A DNA stretch of 32,000 nt from Okeania sp. (GTDB lineage: Bacteria; Cyanobacteriota; Cyanobacteriia; Cyanobacteriales; Microcoleaceae). The notes beneath the pieces were generated by a model that made no database searches, was not told where the DNA came from, and saw only the letters and a program-made list of their open reading frames with translations. Location of the stretch: contig NZ_JAYKGW010000123.1 of the NCBI RefSeq assembly GCF_035285525.1, forward strand, positions 4,873-36,872, written 5' to 3'. This document shows, in pieces, positions 1-8,605 of this stretch; within the stretch, counting starts at the first letter, position 1; every line of letters starts with the position of its first letter. Position numbers and translations under genes: made by a program.

Positions 1-690
1 TCTATCTAGCCATTAAGACCAACAATTTACCATCAAAATAAGAAGACGCATTATTGTTTTTATTTGTTCCCATTATAGTTATGAACCAACCCTAAAATAG
101 TAACATTTTTGATATAGCTAAAAGTATGCACTTAATCTATAGTTTTACCACCTTAAATAATTATTTTTTGGCTTTGCCCTTCATCTCTACCCTAATGTAA
201 TCCTTGAATTAAAAATAATTAAGTAAACTCCCAAATTCTTAATAATGTTTCCTGAGTATTGACTCCTTATATAACACTAAATAATTCATTATTTCCTTAA
301 AAAAATTGTCAGTATTTCCTGCCGAATGCCCTCCCATTCAGCAACAATATCCAAAACTTCAGGAATTATTTTAAATTAAAATAGCCTTGAAAATATACCC
401 TTATAGTAAGATTAAACTTACCTCAAATAATTAGGGCTAGCTGATTAAATACAAAAACATTGACCAATAAAAAAAATAGACCTTTTAGGCATTGAAAAAA
501 CGTAAACCTTATAAAAACTTATCTCAGACTCAAAAGTTAGCATTTTAGTCAATAATTAGGCATAAAAATCAACATACTATTATGAACAACCACCCCCTCT
601 ACAACCATTCTAACACTTGCTCTTGACCCTTAACCATTCCCTACTCCCTCGAAAAAATTATTAACTAAACTGTATTGACCGACAACTGAA

Positions 691-2388
691 ATGACCCTAA
701 CAAAAACTGACCCTTCAGAAACATCTATTCATCAAGAACTACTAAGACTTATTCCCGCCGACGCCAAAGTAGTTTTAGAACTAGGCAGTAGTCAAAGTAA
801 AATAGCATCTGAATACAAAAAAATTAACCCTCATTGTTATTACATTGGCATTGAATCCAATCCAGAAATTGCCAAAAGTTCCCTTGGAAAAGTAGATAAA
901 ATATTAGTAGGAAATATTGCAGAAAATATTTCCACCTTTAATATTTCTCCAAAAACCGTAGATTGTCTGATTTATAACTTAAAATTAACAGCGATCGCCA
1001 ACCCCATTGAAACCTTAAAACACACTCAAACTTGGTTAAAAAAAGACGCTCAAGTATTAGCAATAATAGCAAACGTACAGCATTGGCGCAGAATTATCAA
1101 CCTCCTAAAAAGTGACTGGGAAAACTCAGAAATAATTCGACATTCGTTTACATTAGAAAATATTAAATCATGTTTTGCCCAAGCAAACTTACAAATATAT
1201 GAAATCCAAACTCGTGGAGAAAAAGGAGAAGAATTTGAAAAATTTCTTCAAATTACCAAACCCTTAATTAACAGTTTAGGATTAGACAGAAAAAAGTTTG
1301 CCACACAGACAAGAGCCGAATACTTTATTATCCGCGCTACCAACACACTCATTCCACCCCGGAGATTATTAATTCAAACAATAATTATGGACCCAAAAGT
1401 TTGTGGTACCATCAGAGTTTGGGAACCCGATAAACTTAGCGCCACCATACCAGGAGTCAGAACCATTTCCACAATTAAAACCGCCGATTTGAACGTAAGT
1501 TTACCTCAAGAAGAAAAAGTATTTATTTGGCAACGTACAATCTTAAAATATCCCTCCGACTTATATCAACTTAAGTCTTTACTGAAAAAAAACTATTTGA
1601 TAGTAGCCGAAATTGACGATAACCCCTTACGTCGTCCTGAATATGCTCAGAATAATTATCTTAGTTATCGTGGCTGTCACTGTATTCAAACCTCCACAGA
1701 ATCTCTAGCCAAACTTTTACAGCAATATAACCCTAACGTTGTAGTTTTTCAGAATCAACTAACCAAAATACCAACCCTATCTGAAAGCATATTTTCCCAT
1801 AATAATAATTATCTTAGTATATTTTTTGGAGCCGTCAATAGAGAAGCAGACTGGCAAGAAATAATGCCAATAATTAATCAAACCTTATTAGAATATCAAG
1901 ATAAAATTAGAATCAAAGTAATCCATGATAAACTATTCTTTGAAACCTTAAACACACCCAACAAAGAATATTATCCATATTGTAACTATCAGCAATATCT
2001 AGAAATTCTTAGTAGTTGCCACATCAGTTTATTACCCTTAAACGACAATCAAACTAATCAAATGAAATCAGACTTAAAATTTCTGGAATGTGCCGGACAT
2101 GGAGTAGCAGTACTTGCCAGTCCCACAGTTTATCAAAAATCAATCATTGACGGTGAAACAGGATTAATCTATTATTCTTTATTAGACTTTCGCAGAAAAA
2201 TTAGACAACTTATAATCAATAAAAACCTTAGAGAAAAAATAGCAACCAACGCCTATAATTGGGTAAAAAACAATCGTTTACTTTCTCAACATTATCGTCA
2301 ACGTCGAGATTGGTACCTACAAATGATAGATGAATTACCACGTTTAAATCAAGAATTAAAAAATCGTGTTCCAGAACTGTTTTATTAA
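691..2388 (+). CDS. Two-domain protein: N-terminal class-I SAM-methyltransferase-like region with degenerate motif I, and C-terminal GT1-type glycosyltransferase-like region
   Basis: 565-aa ORF with ATG start. The N-terminal third has methyltransferase-like spacing (VVLELGSSQSKIA...GIESNPEIA), but the glycine motif reads GSSQS rather than GxGxG. The C-terminal part has a GT1-like signature (KSDLKFLECAGHGVAVLASPTVYQKSIIDGETGLIY). Motif recognition only. Confidence 0.6.
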   Translation: MTLTKTDPSETSIHQELLRLIPADAKVVLELGSSQSKIASEYKKINPHCYYIGIESNPEIAKSSLGKVDKILVGNIAENISTFNISPKTVDCLIYNLKLTAIANPIETLKHTQTWLKKDAQVLAIIANVQHWRRIINLLKSDWENSEIIRHSFTLENIKSCFAQANLQIYEIQTRGEKGEEFEKFLQITKPLINSLGLDRKKFATQTRAEYFIIRATNTLIPPRRLLIQTIIMDPKVCGTIRVWEPDKLSATIPGVRTISTIKTADLNVSLPQEEKVFIWQRTILKYPSDLYQLKSLLKKNYLIVAEIDDNPLRRPEYAQNNYLSYRGCHCIQTSTESLAKLLQQYNPNVVVFQNQLTKIPTLSESIFSHNNNYLSIFFGAVNREADWQEIMPIINQTLLEYQDKIRIKVIHDKLFFETLNTPNKEYYPYCNYQQYLEILSSCHISLLPLNDNQTNQMKSDLKFLECAGHGVAVLASPTVYQKSIIDGETGLIYYSLLDFRRKIRQLIINKNLREKIATNAYNWVKNNRLLSQHYRQRRDWYLQMIDELPRLNQELKNRVPELFY

Positions 2389-2880
2389 AAAAGAAACAAA
2401 AATGAAAAAAGAAAAAAAAGACTTAAAAAAATTATAGACATAGCCTACTCCCTCCTCCTTATTTCCAAGAAGAAACTATAGTCATTTCCGACTAGACAGA
2501 GACAAAAGTTTCTAGCAAAAAAAAGTTTCATTATTATTTAAAATAACCATAACTTTGCACCACCATTTAACCCTTAAAATTACACAAAAAACACTAGCCG
2601 ATATCATATTATTTTCAGCCATAACGCAAATCCTTACTAAATAAAATTTATTCCCTCCTAACACCCGACTCGTGAATTACATACCCGTTATTACAAAATA
2701 CACCAAACCCTTTATACTTTTTAAAGAATAAAAATAATGAAAGAATAGATATTTTTTGTCTATTACCTACCTCTTAAAACCATAAATATTATGTACCTCA
2801 TAACTTCGGAAACTGCTATAGTATACTAAAACAAATAATAGTAGAAGCAAATCTATCCATTATTAATTATTAATTATCCA

Positions 2881-3789
2881 ATGCGAATATTATTTACAAT
2901 TCCTCATTTTTTTAATCCTGAAGGTAGCGGACAACATGGTTCCTTACGAAAAGACCCACAAACACGCAGAATATCTCTTACTACCTCTTTAACCGCATTA
3001 AAAGCCTTATACAGTAAATCTCAATACATCATTAATATTAACAATCTCCAAGCCATTCCTGCCAATCAAAACCATGGAAACGATGTCGATATTATTGTTT
3101 GTACAACTCAAAGTTTTCACCTATTACCTCAGATTCCATTAACATCAGACTTTTTAATGCACCACAACACCAAAGTCGAACCCATGTTATTAGGATTTGA
3201 ATGTCAAGCCGTACTAAAATCTTGTCTAGGAAAATATGATTATTATTGTTATTTAGAAGACGACTTAATACTCCATGACCCTTGGTTTTTTACAAAATTA
3301 CAATGGTTTAATCATCATACAGGAAATGATAATTTGCTACAACCTAATCGTTATGAACTTTCACCCTTAGGAACCGTACCAAAAGCTTATATAGATGGAA
3401 ACTTAAAACCAGAAATAACAGCTAAATTTCAAAACATTCGAGAAAAATTTCAGCTAAAAGGGAAAGTTATGGAGAAAGTTATTGCCTTTCATAGAACCCT
3501 TAATCCTCATTCTGGTTGTTATTTTTTGAATGCTGAACAGATGACAGAATGGGCTAGTAAACCTTATTTTTTGGATAGAGATACAAGTTTTATTGGTCCT
3601 TTAGAAAGTGCTGCAACTTTGGGAGTTATGAAAACTTTTAAAATTTATAAACCTGCTATTGATGATGCTAGTTTCTTGGAAATTCAACATTTTGGTACTA
3701 CTTTTTTGAGTTTAATTGGTAATCAAATATCAGTATTAGAAAGACAAGTTCAGGGTCAAGAAAAAACTCAGACTCAAGCTAAAATTTAG
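2881..3789 (+). CDS. Hypothetical protein with an acidic EDD (DxD-like) motif; function unknown
   Basis: 302-aa ORF with ATG start, too long to be chance in AT-rich DNA. YLEDDLILHDPWFF resembles a nucleotide-sugar transferase DxD motif, but no family was recognised. The compositional polarity switch falls inside this ORF. Confidence 0.5.
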   Translation: MRILFTIPHFFNPEGSGQHGSLRKDPQTRRISLTTSLTALKALYSKSQYIININNLQAIPANQNHGNDVDIIVCTTQSFHLLPQIPLTSDFLMHHNTKVEPMLLGFECQAVLKSCLGKYDYYCYLEDDLILHDPWFFTKLQWFNHHTGNDNLLQPNRYELSPLGTVPKAYIDGNLKPEITAKFQNIREKFQLKGKVMEKVIAFHRTLNPHSGCYFLNAEQMTEWASKPYFLDRDTSFIGPLESAATLGVMKTFKIYKPAIDDASFLEIQHFGTTFLSLIGNQISVLERQVQGQEKTQTQAKI

Positions 3790-3841
3790 GTTAAAGAAAA
3801 AGTAAAAACAGAAGCTAACTATGGTAATTTCAGTTATCAAT

Positions 3842-4210
3842 TATATATATGTATCTGCTAAATTTTCCAGTTTTGCTAAATAGGTAAATAGAGAAATTTT
3901 CCTTTCTCCAAACAACCTAAACTTTGGCGACATCTATATATATGTATCTGCTAAATTTTCCAGTTTTGCTAAATAGGTAAATAGAGAACTTTTCCTTTCT
4001 CCAACCAACCTAAACTTTGGCGACATCTATATATATGTATCTGTTAAATTTTCCAGTTTGCTAAATAGGTAAATAGAGAAATTTTCCTTTCTCCAACCAA
4101 CCTAAACTTTACCGACATCTATATATATGTATCTGCTAAATTTTCCAGTTTGCTAAATAGGTAAATGTGGAGTTTTCCTTTCTCCAACCAACTTCTATTT
4201 TGCCGAAATA
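3842..4210. repeat. Tandem direct-repeat array of 4 units of 92-93 bp
   Basis: Units start at 3842, 3935, 4028 and 4120. Each begins tatatatatgtatctg(c/t)taaattttccagtt(t)tgctaaataggtaaatagagaa. Units 1-3 are nearly identical and unit 4 diverges at its 3' end. There are no unique spacers between units. Confidence 0.95.
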
Positions 4211-4241
4211 ATATTATAGATATGACAGGCAAATTATAAAT

Positions 4242-4277
4242 GTTGGGTTTCGTACCTCAACCCAACCTACATTTTTT
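4242..4277 (+). terminator. Stem-loop followed by a T-run (terminator-like)
   Basis: gttgggtt (4242-4249) pairs perfectly with aacccaac (4259-4266) around a 9-nt loop, followed by ctacatttttt. It sits directly downstream of the tandem array. Confidence 0.4.
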
Positions 4278-4415
4278 CCTGATAACTAATAACTGAAATG
4301 ACTATTCCCTTAGAACTTGACTATTCCACTAAAGTCAGGGATAATGCCTAAACCCTTATTAGAAATTTACTATATTAAGGCTCAAGTAAAAAAAAGCTTA
4401 TATTATAACAGATAA

Positions 4416-5102
4416 ATGACCAAAACAGACGACAAAACAATTGTCAAAGATTATTTTAACTCCACTGGTTTTGATAGATGGCGCAGAATTTATGGAGATG
4501 GCCAAGTAAATAAAGTCCAATTAGATATTAGAAAAGGACATCAGCAAACTGTTGAGACTGTTCTCAGTTGGCTAAAAGCAGATGATAATTTAAGAGGACT
4601 ATCAATATGTGATGCTGGTTGTGGAGTTGGTAGTTTGAGTATTCCCCTAGCTCAAGCTGGAGCCGTAATCTATGGTAGTGATATTTCAGAAAAAATGGTA
4701 TCTGAGGCATATCAACGTGCTAAATCTAGTTTAATTAATACGAATAATATTAATTTTGTGGCTCAAGATTTAGAAAGTTTAAGCGGTAAATATCATACAG
4801 TTATTTGTTTAGATGTTTTAATTCATTATCCTCAAGACCAAGTTGGAGCGATGATTAATCATTTAATATCTTTAGCAGAGTCAAGATTAATTATTAGTTT
4901 TGCACCAAAAACTTTGGCTTTAAGTATATTGAAAAAAATAGGAGAATTATTTCCTGGTCCTAGCAAAACTACTCGTGCTTATCAACATCGGGAAGCGGAT
5001 ATTATCAAAATTATTGAAAGTAATGGTTTTTGTATCCAAAGAGAAGCAATGACTAGCACCAGTTTTTATTATTCTCGTTTATTAGAAGCAGTCCGTAAAT
5101 AA
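4416..5102 (+). CDS. chlM: Magnesium-protoporphyrin IX O-methyltransferase
   Basis: 228-aa ORF. YFNSTGFDRWRRIYG, the SAM motif ICDAGCGVGSLSIPLAQAGA, FAPKT and the C-terminal FYYSRLLE match the ChlM/BchM pattern as I know it. Confidence 0.9.
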   Translation: MTKTDDKTIVKDYFNSTGFDRWRRIYGDGQVNKVQLDIRKGHQQTVETVLSWLKADDNLRGLSICDAGCGVGSLSIPLAQAGAVIYGSDISEKMVSEAYQRAKSSLINTNNINFVAQDLESLSGKYHTVICLDVLIHYPQDQVGAMINHLISLAESRLIISFAPKTLALSILKKIGELFPGPSKTTRAYQHREADIIKIIESNGFCIQREAMTSTSFYYSRLLEAVRK

Positions 5103-5120
5103 TTAATAATTAATAATTAA
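5100..5120. repeat. STRR-type tandem heptamer (taattaa x3) beginning with the chlM stop codon
   Basis: taattaa taattaa taattaa read directly. The TAA stop at 5100-5102 is the first 3 nt of the array. Confidence 0.85.
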
Positions 5121-5430
5121 TAGCTGATTTGTAAACTTTGCCAAAAGTCTTATATAATATCGCTTTTAGTAATTATTAAGTTTACTAGACAAAACTCCTA
5201 AAAGCTAAGTATAGGAAGTAATTCATGGCTTTAATATTTACTTTATAAATCAGCTATAATAATTAATAACTATACAACACAAAGTTATAGGAATAATTAT
5301 TAATAGCTAAGTTTTTTAGCTATCTAAAGGTGAGAAATATTCGGAAATTTACAGTGCGGTAAGCCTTTCCTAATAATGCTTTCAGTATACTATTCAATTC
5401 TAGATTAGACATATATTAGAAATTAAAAAT

Positions 5431-5468
5431 ATAATCAATTATTATCTATAAATAATCAATTACTTCCC
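5431..5468. repeat. 38-bp dispersed repeat, copy 1 (direct repeat flanking the DUF423 gene)
   Basis: ataatcaattattatctataaataatcaattacttccc. The near-identical copy is at 6051-6087. Followed by tcttttttcatcttttttggagatgtct, whose reverse complement occurs just upstream of copy 2. Confidence 0.9.
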
Positions 5469-5530
5469 TCTTTTTTCATCTTTTTTGGAGATGTCTAATT
5501 TTCTATTCTGAACTAAGGAGTACAAAATTA

Positions 5531-5911
5531 ATGACTAAAATTTTTATAATAATAGCATCTATGCTCGGCGGTTTATCTGTAGTAGCAAGTTCTTTTGCAG
5601 CTCATGCTTTAAAAGAAAAACTAACTGAATATTCCTTGGATATTTTTCAGACAGGCGCTCGTCTACAAATGTATCATGCTTTAGCATTATTAATGATAGC
5701 TTTGTTATTAACAATAGAAGAATTACCCCAATCTTTAATGGTAATTTCTGGATATGCCTTTATTGCCGGAATAGCAATTTTTTCTGGTAGTTTATATGCC
5801 CTAAGTTTAACCGGAATAAAATGGTTAGGAGCCATTACCCCCATAGGTGGAGTAGCATTTATTATCGGATGGAGTTGTCTGGCGATCGCTGGTTGGAAAT
5901 TAAAATTATAA
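5531..5911 (+). CDS. DUF423-family small integral membrane protein
   Basis: 126 aa with four hydrophobic segments. The AAHALK...QMYHALALL pattern is typical of DUF423/YgdD-like proteins. AGGAG lies 8 nt upstream of the ATG. Confidence 0.8.
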   Translation: MTKIFIIIASMLGGLSVVASSFAAHALKEKLTEYSLDIFQTGARLQMYHALALLMIALLLTIEELPQSLMVISGYAFIAGIAIFSGSLYALSLTGIKWLGAITPIGGVAFIIGWSCLAIAGWKLKL

Positions 5912-6050
5912 AAAACTGATACTTTTAACTATTTCTATCAAAATATAGCATTTCTCATAAAAATGAGATATAATTACCATTTTTTGATCTCTTCCCTGCC
6001 CCCCATTCCGTCTTTTATAGATATCAATATCTCCAAAAAGAAAAAAACAG

Positions 6051-6087
6051 ATAATCAATTATTATCTATAAATCATCAATTACTCCC
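6051..6087. repeat. 38-bp dispersed repeat, copy 2
   Basis: ataatcaattattatctataaatcatcaattactccc, in the same orientation as 5431-5468. Preceded by atctccaaaaagaaaaaaa, the inverted form of the segment that follows copy 1. Confidence 0.9.
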
Positions 6088-6207
6088 TTCTTTTCCTTGT
6101 TCCCCCTTATCTCTTTCAGTAATCTTTTAGTTAACAATGGAAAATTAAACCATTTCAAGCTATAATTTGACAAACCAAAGCTGTACAAATCAGGGTATCT
6201 GGCTTCT

Positions 6208-8283
6208 GTGAGTTACTGCCTTAATCCCAATTGCCCCAACCCCTCTGACCCATTAAATGCTGGTAGAGGCACCTGTTGCCAATGTAGTTCTCAATTGTTA
6301 CTACAAAATCGGTATCGTATTATCCGACCTCTTGGGGGAGGAGGTTTTGGTCAAACTTATCTGGTAGAAGATCAAGGGATACAAAAAGTTCTTAAAGTAT
6401 TACTAAAAAATCATCCGAAAGCTATCTCTCTGTTTAAACAGGAAGCACAGGTACTTATTAATTTACGAAATCCTGGTATTCCCAAAGTAGAAGATGATGG
6501 TTACTTCATATATACCGCAGCAGATAGTGACGAACCTCTACACTGCCTGGTTATGGAGTTTATTGATGGCTTAAATTTGATGGAATGGATGAAGAGTCGT
6601 CGTCATCGGCCAATAACTCAAACTCAAGCAGTAGATTGGCTGGTACAATTATCGGAAATATTGGACAAAGTTCATGCACAAAATTATTTCCATAGAGATA
6701 TTAAGCCTCACAACATCATGCGCAGGCCAAATGGTCAATTGGTGTTGATAGATTTTGGTACTGTCAGAGAAGTATCTAATACCTACTTGGTAAAAGCAGC
6801 TCAAGGCCAAAATATCACAGGTATTGTTTCACCAGGATACACTGCTCCAGAACAAACTAATGGTAAGGCTGTACCTCAATCAGATTTTTTTGCTTTAGGA
6901 CGTACTTTTGTCTATTTATTAACAGGTAAACCCCCAACAGGTTTTCCAGAAAATCCTCGTTCTGGAAAATTACAATGGCAGAAAAATGCTCCCCACATAT
7001 CAACAGAATTTAAAGATGTCATAGATTATTTAATGGCACCTTTTCCTGGTAATAGACCTCAAAATCCCACAATGATTTTGCAGTGTCTGATAGAAATAGA
7101 AGAAAAAGAAGATAGTAGTTCAGGAACAGATGGTCAAACTTCTCCTACTCTTCAACAACAGCGTTTAAAGAGAGAAAATACAAAAGGATCAACAGCAAAA
7201 AATCAAAGTAGGCATAAAGTTAAAACCACAGTAAAAACCAAAAGCATTACCAGAATACCTAATAGGAAGTTCAGAATTAAGTTGATAAATAACTTAATAG
7301 TAGGTCTGACAATGTTATTATTGGCAGGGGCAACTTCTCAGTTTTATGGCTTTTGGCGCTACGGACTTTTCCCTACTAATCCGATTTTTTTATTGCAAGG
7401 TTTGAAGAGTAGTCTATTTTTAGAAAAAACTTTAAGTGGTTATTTCCAAGAGGTCAATGCGATCGCTCTCACACGAGATGGTCAAACTTTAGCCGGTGGT
7501 AGTTTCAACACTATTAAAATTTGGAACCTCCAGACAGGGGAACTAGAAAGAAATATTCAAAATGCTCATCAAGATAAAATAACTGCTCTGAGTATAAGTC
7601 CTAATGGTCAAAAATTGGTAAGTGGTAGTGCAGACAAAACAATCAAAATCTGGAATTTGACAAATGGTAAACTCTTAAAAGATATTAAAGATGATACCAG
7701 TCAAGTTAAGGCGATCACTATTAGTCCTGATGGCCAGACAATAGCAAGTGTGGGTAGCGATAAATTAATGAAGTTGTGGAACATCGAAACAGGTAGTCAA
7801 ATAGATAAAACTAGACCAGATCAGAAGCATGAAGTAAATGCTTTAGCTTTTAGCCAAGATGGGCAAACTTTAGCTACTGGTGCTAATAACGGTACAATTA
7901 GATTGTGGACAAGTACCCTGGCTCCCATACTAACTTTAAAAGGACATAATCAGGCAGTTAATGCGATCACTATTAGTCCAGATAATAAGACTTTAGTTAG
8001 TGGTAGTGAAGATGGAACTATTAAAATATTGGACTTAAATACAAGAGATGGTGAAATTGTAGCAGATACAAGTCCAATAAAATCTCTGGTTTTCAGTGCT
8101 GATAGTCGAACAATAGTTAGTGGTGGCGAACAAATTGCTTTTTGGGATTCAATCACCGAACAAAAATTACAAACATTTTTTGGTCATTCAGCACAAGTAA
8201 CTTCTCTTGCGATTACTCCTGATGGCAAAACTTTAGTTAGTGGTAGTCTAGATAGAACTATTAAAGTTTGGCGAATACCTTAA
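6208..8283 (+). CDS. Ser/Thr protein kinase with N-terminal 4-Cys motif, one transmembrane segment and C-terminal WD40 repeats
   Basis: GTG start (MSYCLNPNCPNP...CCQC). Kinase motifs are GGGGFGQTY, VLKVL, HRDIKPHN, DFG and SPGYTAPE. Hydrophobic segment LIVGLTMLLLAGA, then about seven repeats of the G(S)xDxTIKxW type. Confidence 0.9.
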   Translation: MSYCLNPNCPNPSDPLNAGRGTCCQCSSQLLLQNRYRIIRPLGGGGFGQTYLVEDQGIQKVLKVLLKNHPKAISLFKQEAQVLINLRNPGIPKVEDDGYFIYTAADSDEPLHCLVMEFIDGLNLMEWMKSRRHRPITQTQAVDWLVQLSEILDKVHAQNYFHRDIKPHNIMRRPNGQLVLIDFGTVREVSNTYLVKAAQGQNITGIVSPGYTAPEQTNGKAVPQSDFFALGRTFVYLLTGKPPTGFPENPRSGKLQWQKNAPHISTEFKDVIDYLMAPFPGNRPQNPTMILQCLIEIEEKEDSSSGTDGQTSPTLQQQRLKRENTKGSTAKNQSRHKVKTTVKTKSITRIPNRKFRIKLINNLIVGLTMLLLAGATSQFYGFWRYGLFPTNPIFLLQGLKSSLFLEKTLSGYFQEVNAIALTRDGQTLAGGSFNTIKIWNLQTGELERNIQNAHQDKITALSISPNGQKLVSGSADKTIKIWNLTNGKLLKDIKDDTSQVKAITISPDGQTIASVGSDKLMKLWNIETGSQIDKTRPDQKHEVNALAFSQDGQTLATGANNGTIRLWTSTLAPILTLKGHNQAVNAITISPDNKTLVSGSEDGTIKILDLNTRDGEIVADTSPIKSLVFSADSRTIVSGGEQIAFWDSITEQKLQTFFGHSAQVTSLAITPDGKTLVSGSLDRTIKVWRIP

Positions 8284-8287
8284 TATA

Positions 8288-8315
8288 GTTATCAGTTATC
8301 CGTTATCCGTTATCA
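8288..8315. repeat. STRR-type tandem heptamer (gttatca/gttatcc x4)
   Basis: gttatca gttatcc gttatcc gttatca, starting 4 nt after the kinase stop codon (8281-8283). Confidence 0.85.
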
Positions 8316-8393
8316 GCTTTTACGGTTCTCGAAAAATCAGTTATTAGTTATAGCGCTTTTCACTCTTGATGAACTGCATTGCCATAATCAAAA

Positions 8394-8481
8394 CCTTGTA
8401 GGGACGTTTCGCTGCGCGACATGGAAAGCGGAGCATTCCGGAACGGAAAACGCATTTTTGTTATGCAACGTCCCTACAAGG
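8394..8481. mobile_element. MITE-like element, family B (gtagggacgtt ... aacgtccctac)
   Basis: 15-bp terminal inverted repeat ccttgtagggacgtt / aacgtccctacaagg. A near-identical copy lies at 24600-24678. The core ggaaagcggagcattcc recurs inside other elements at 27119-27192 and 29640-29700. Confidence 0.8.
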
Positions 8482-8605
8482 GTGAATGGTATTCGCCCCT
8501 ACTCCTGTATACTAAATCCTCTTAATTTACTATCATATCAAATCCGGTAGCATCGGTATAATTAAAGGCTGTAGGGGTTTGGTCTCCAAACCCTCTAATC
8601 TCAAT

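Noticed and set aside
3842-4210. Possible CRISPR array, given regularly spaced repeats
   Set aside because: The whole 92-93-bp unit is repeated head to tail with no unique spacers. There are no cas genes in the window and no short palindromic repeat of 25-40 bp.
7950-8156. 68-aa antisense ORF inside the kinase gene
   Set aside because: It lies entirely within a well-supported WD40-coding region on the opposite strand, and its composition mirrors that region. It is treated as a shadow ORF.
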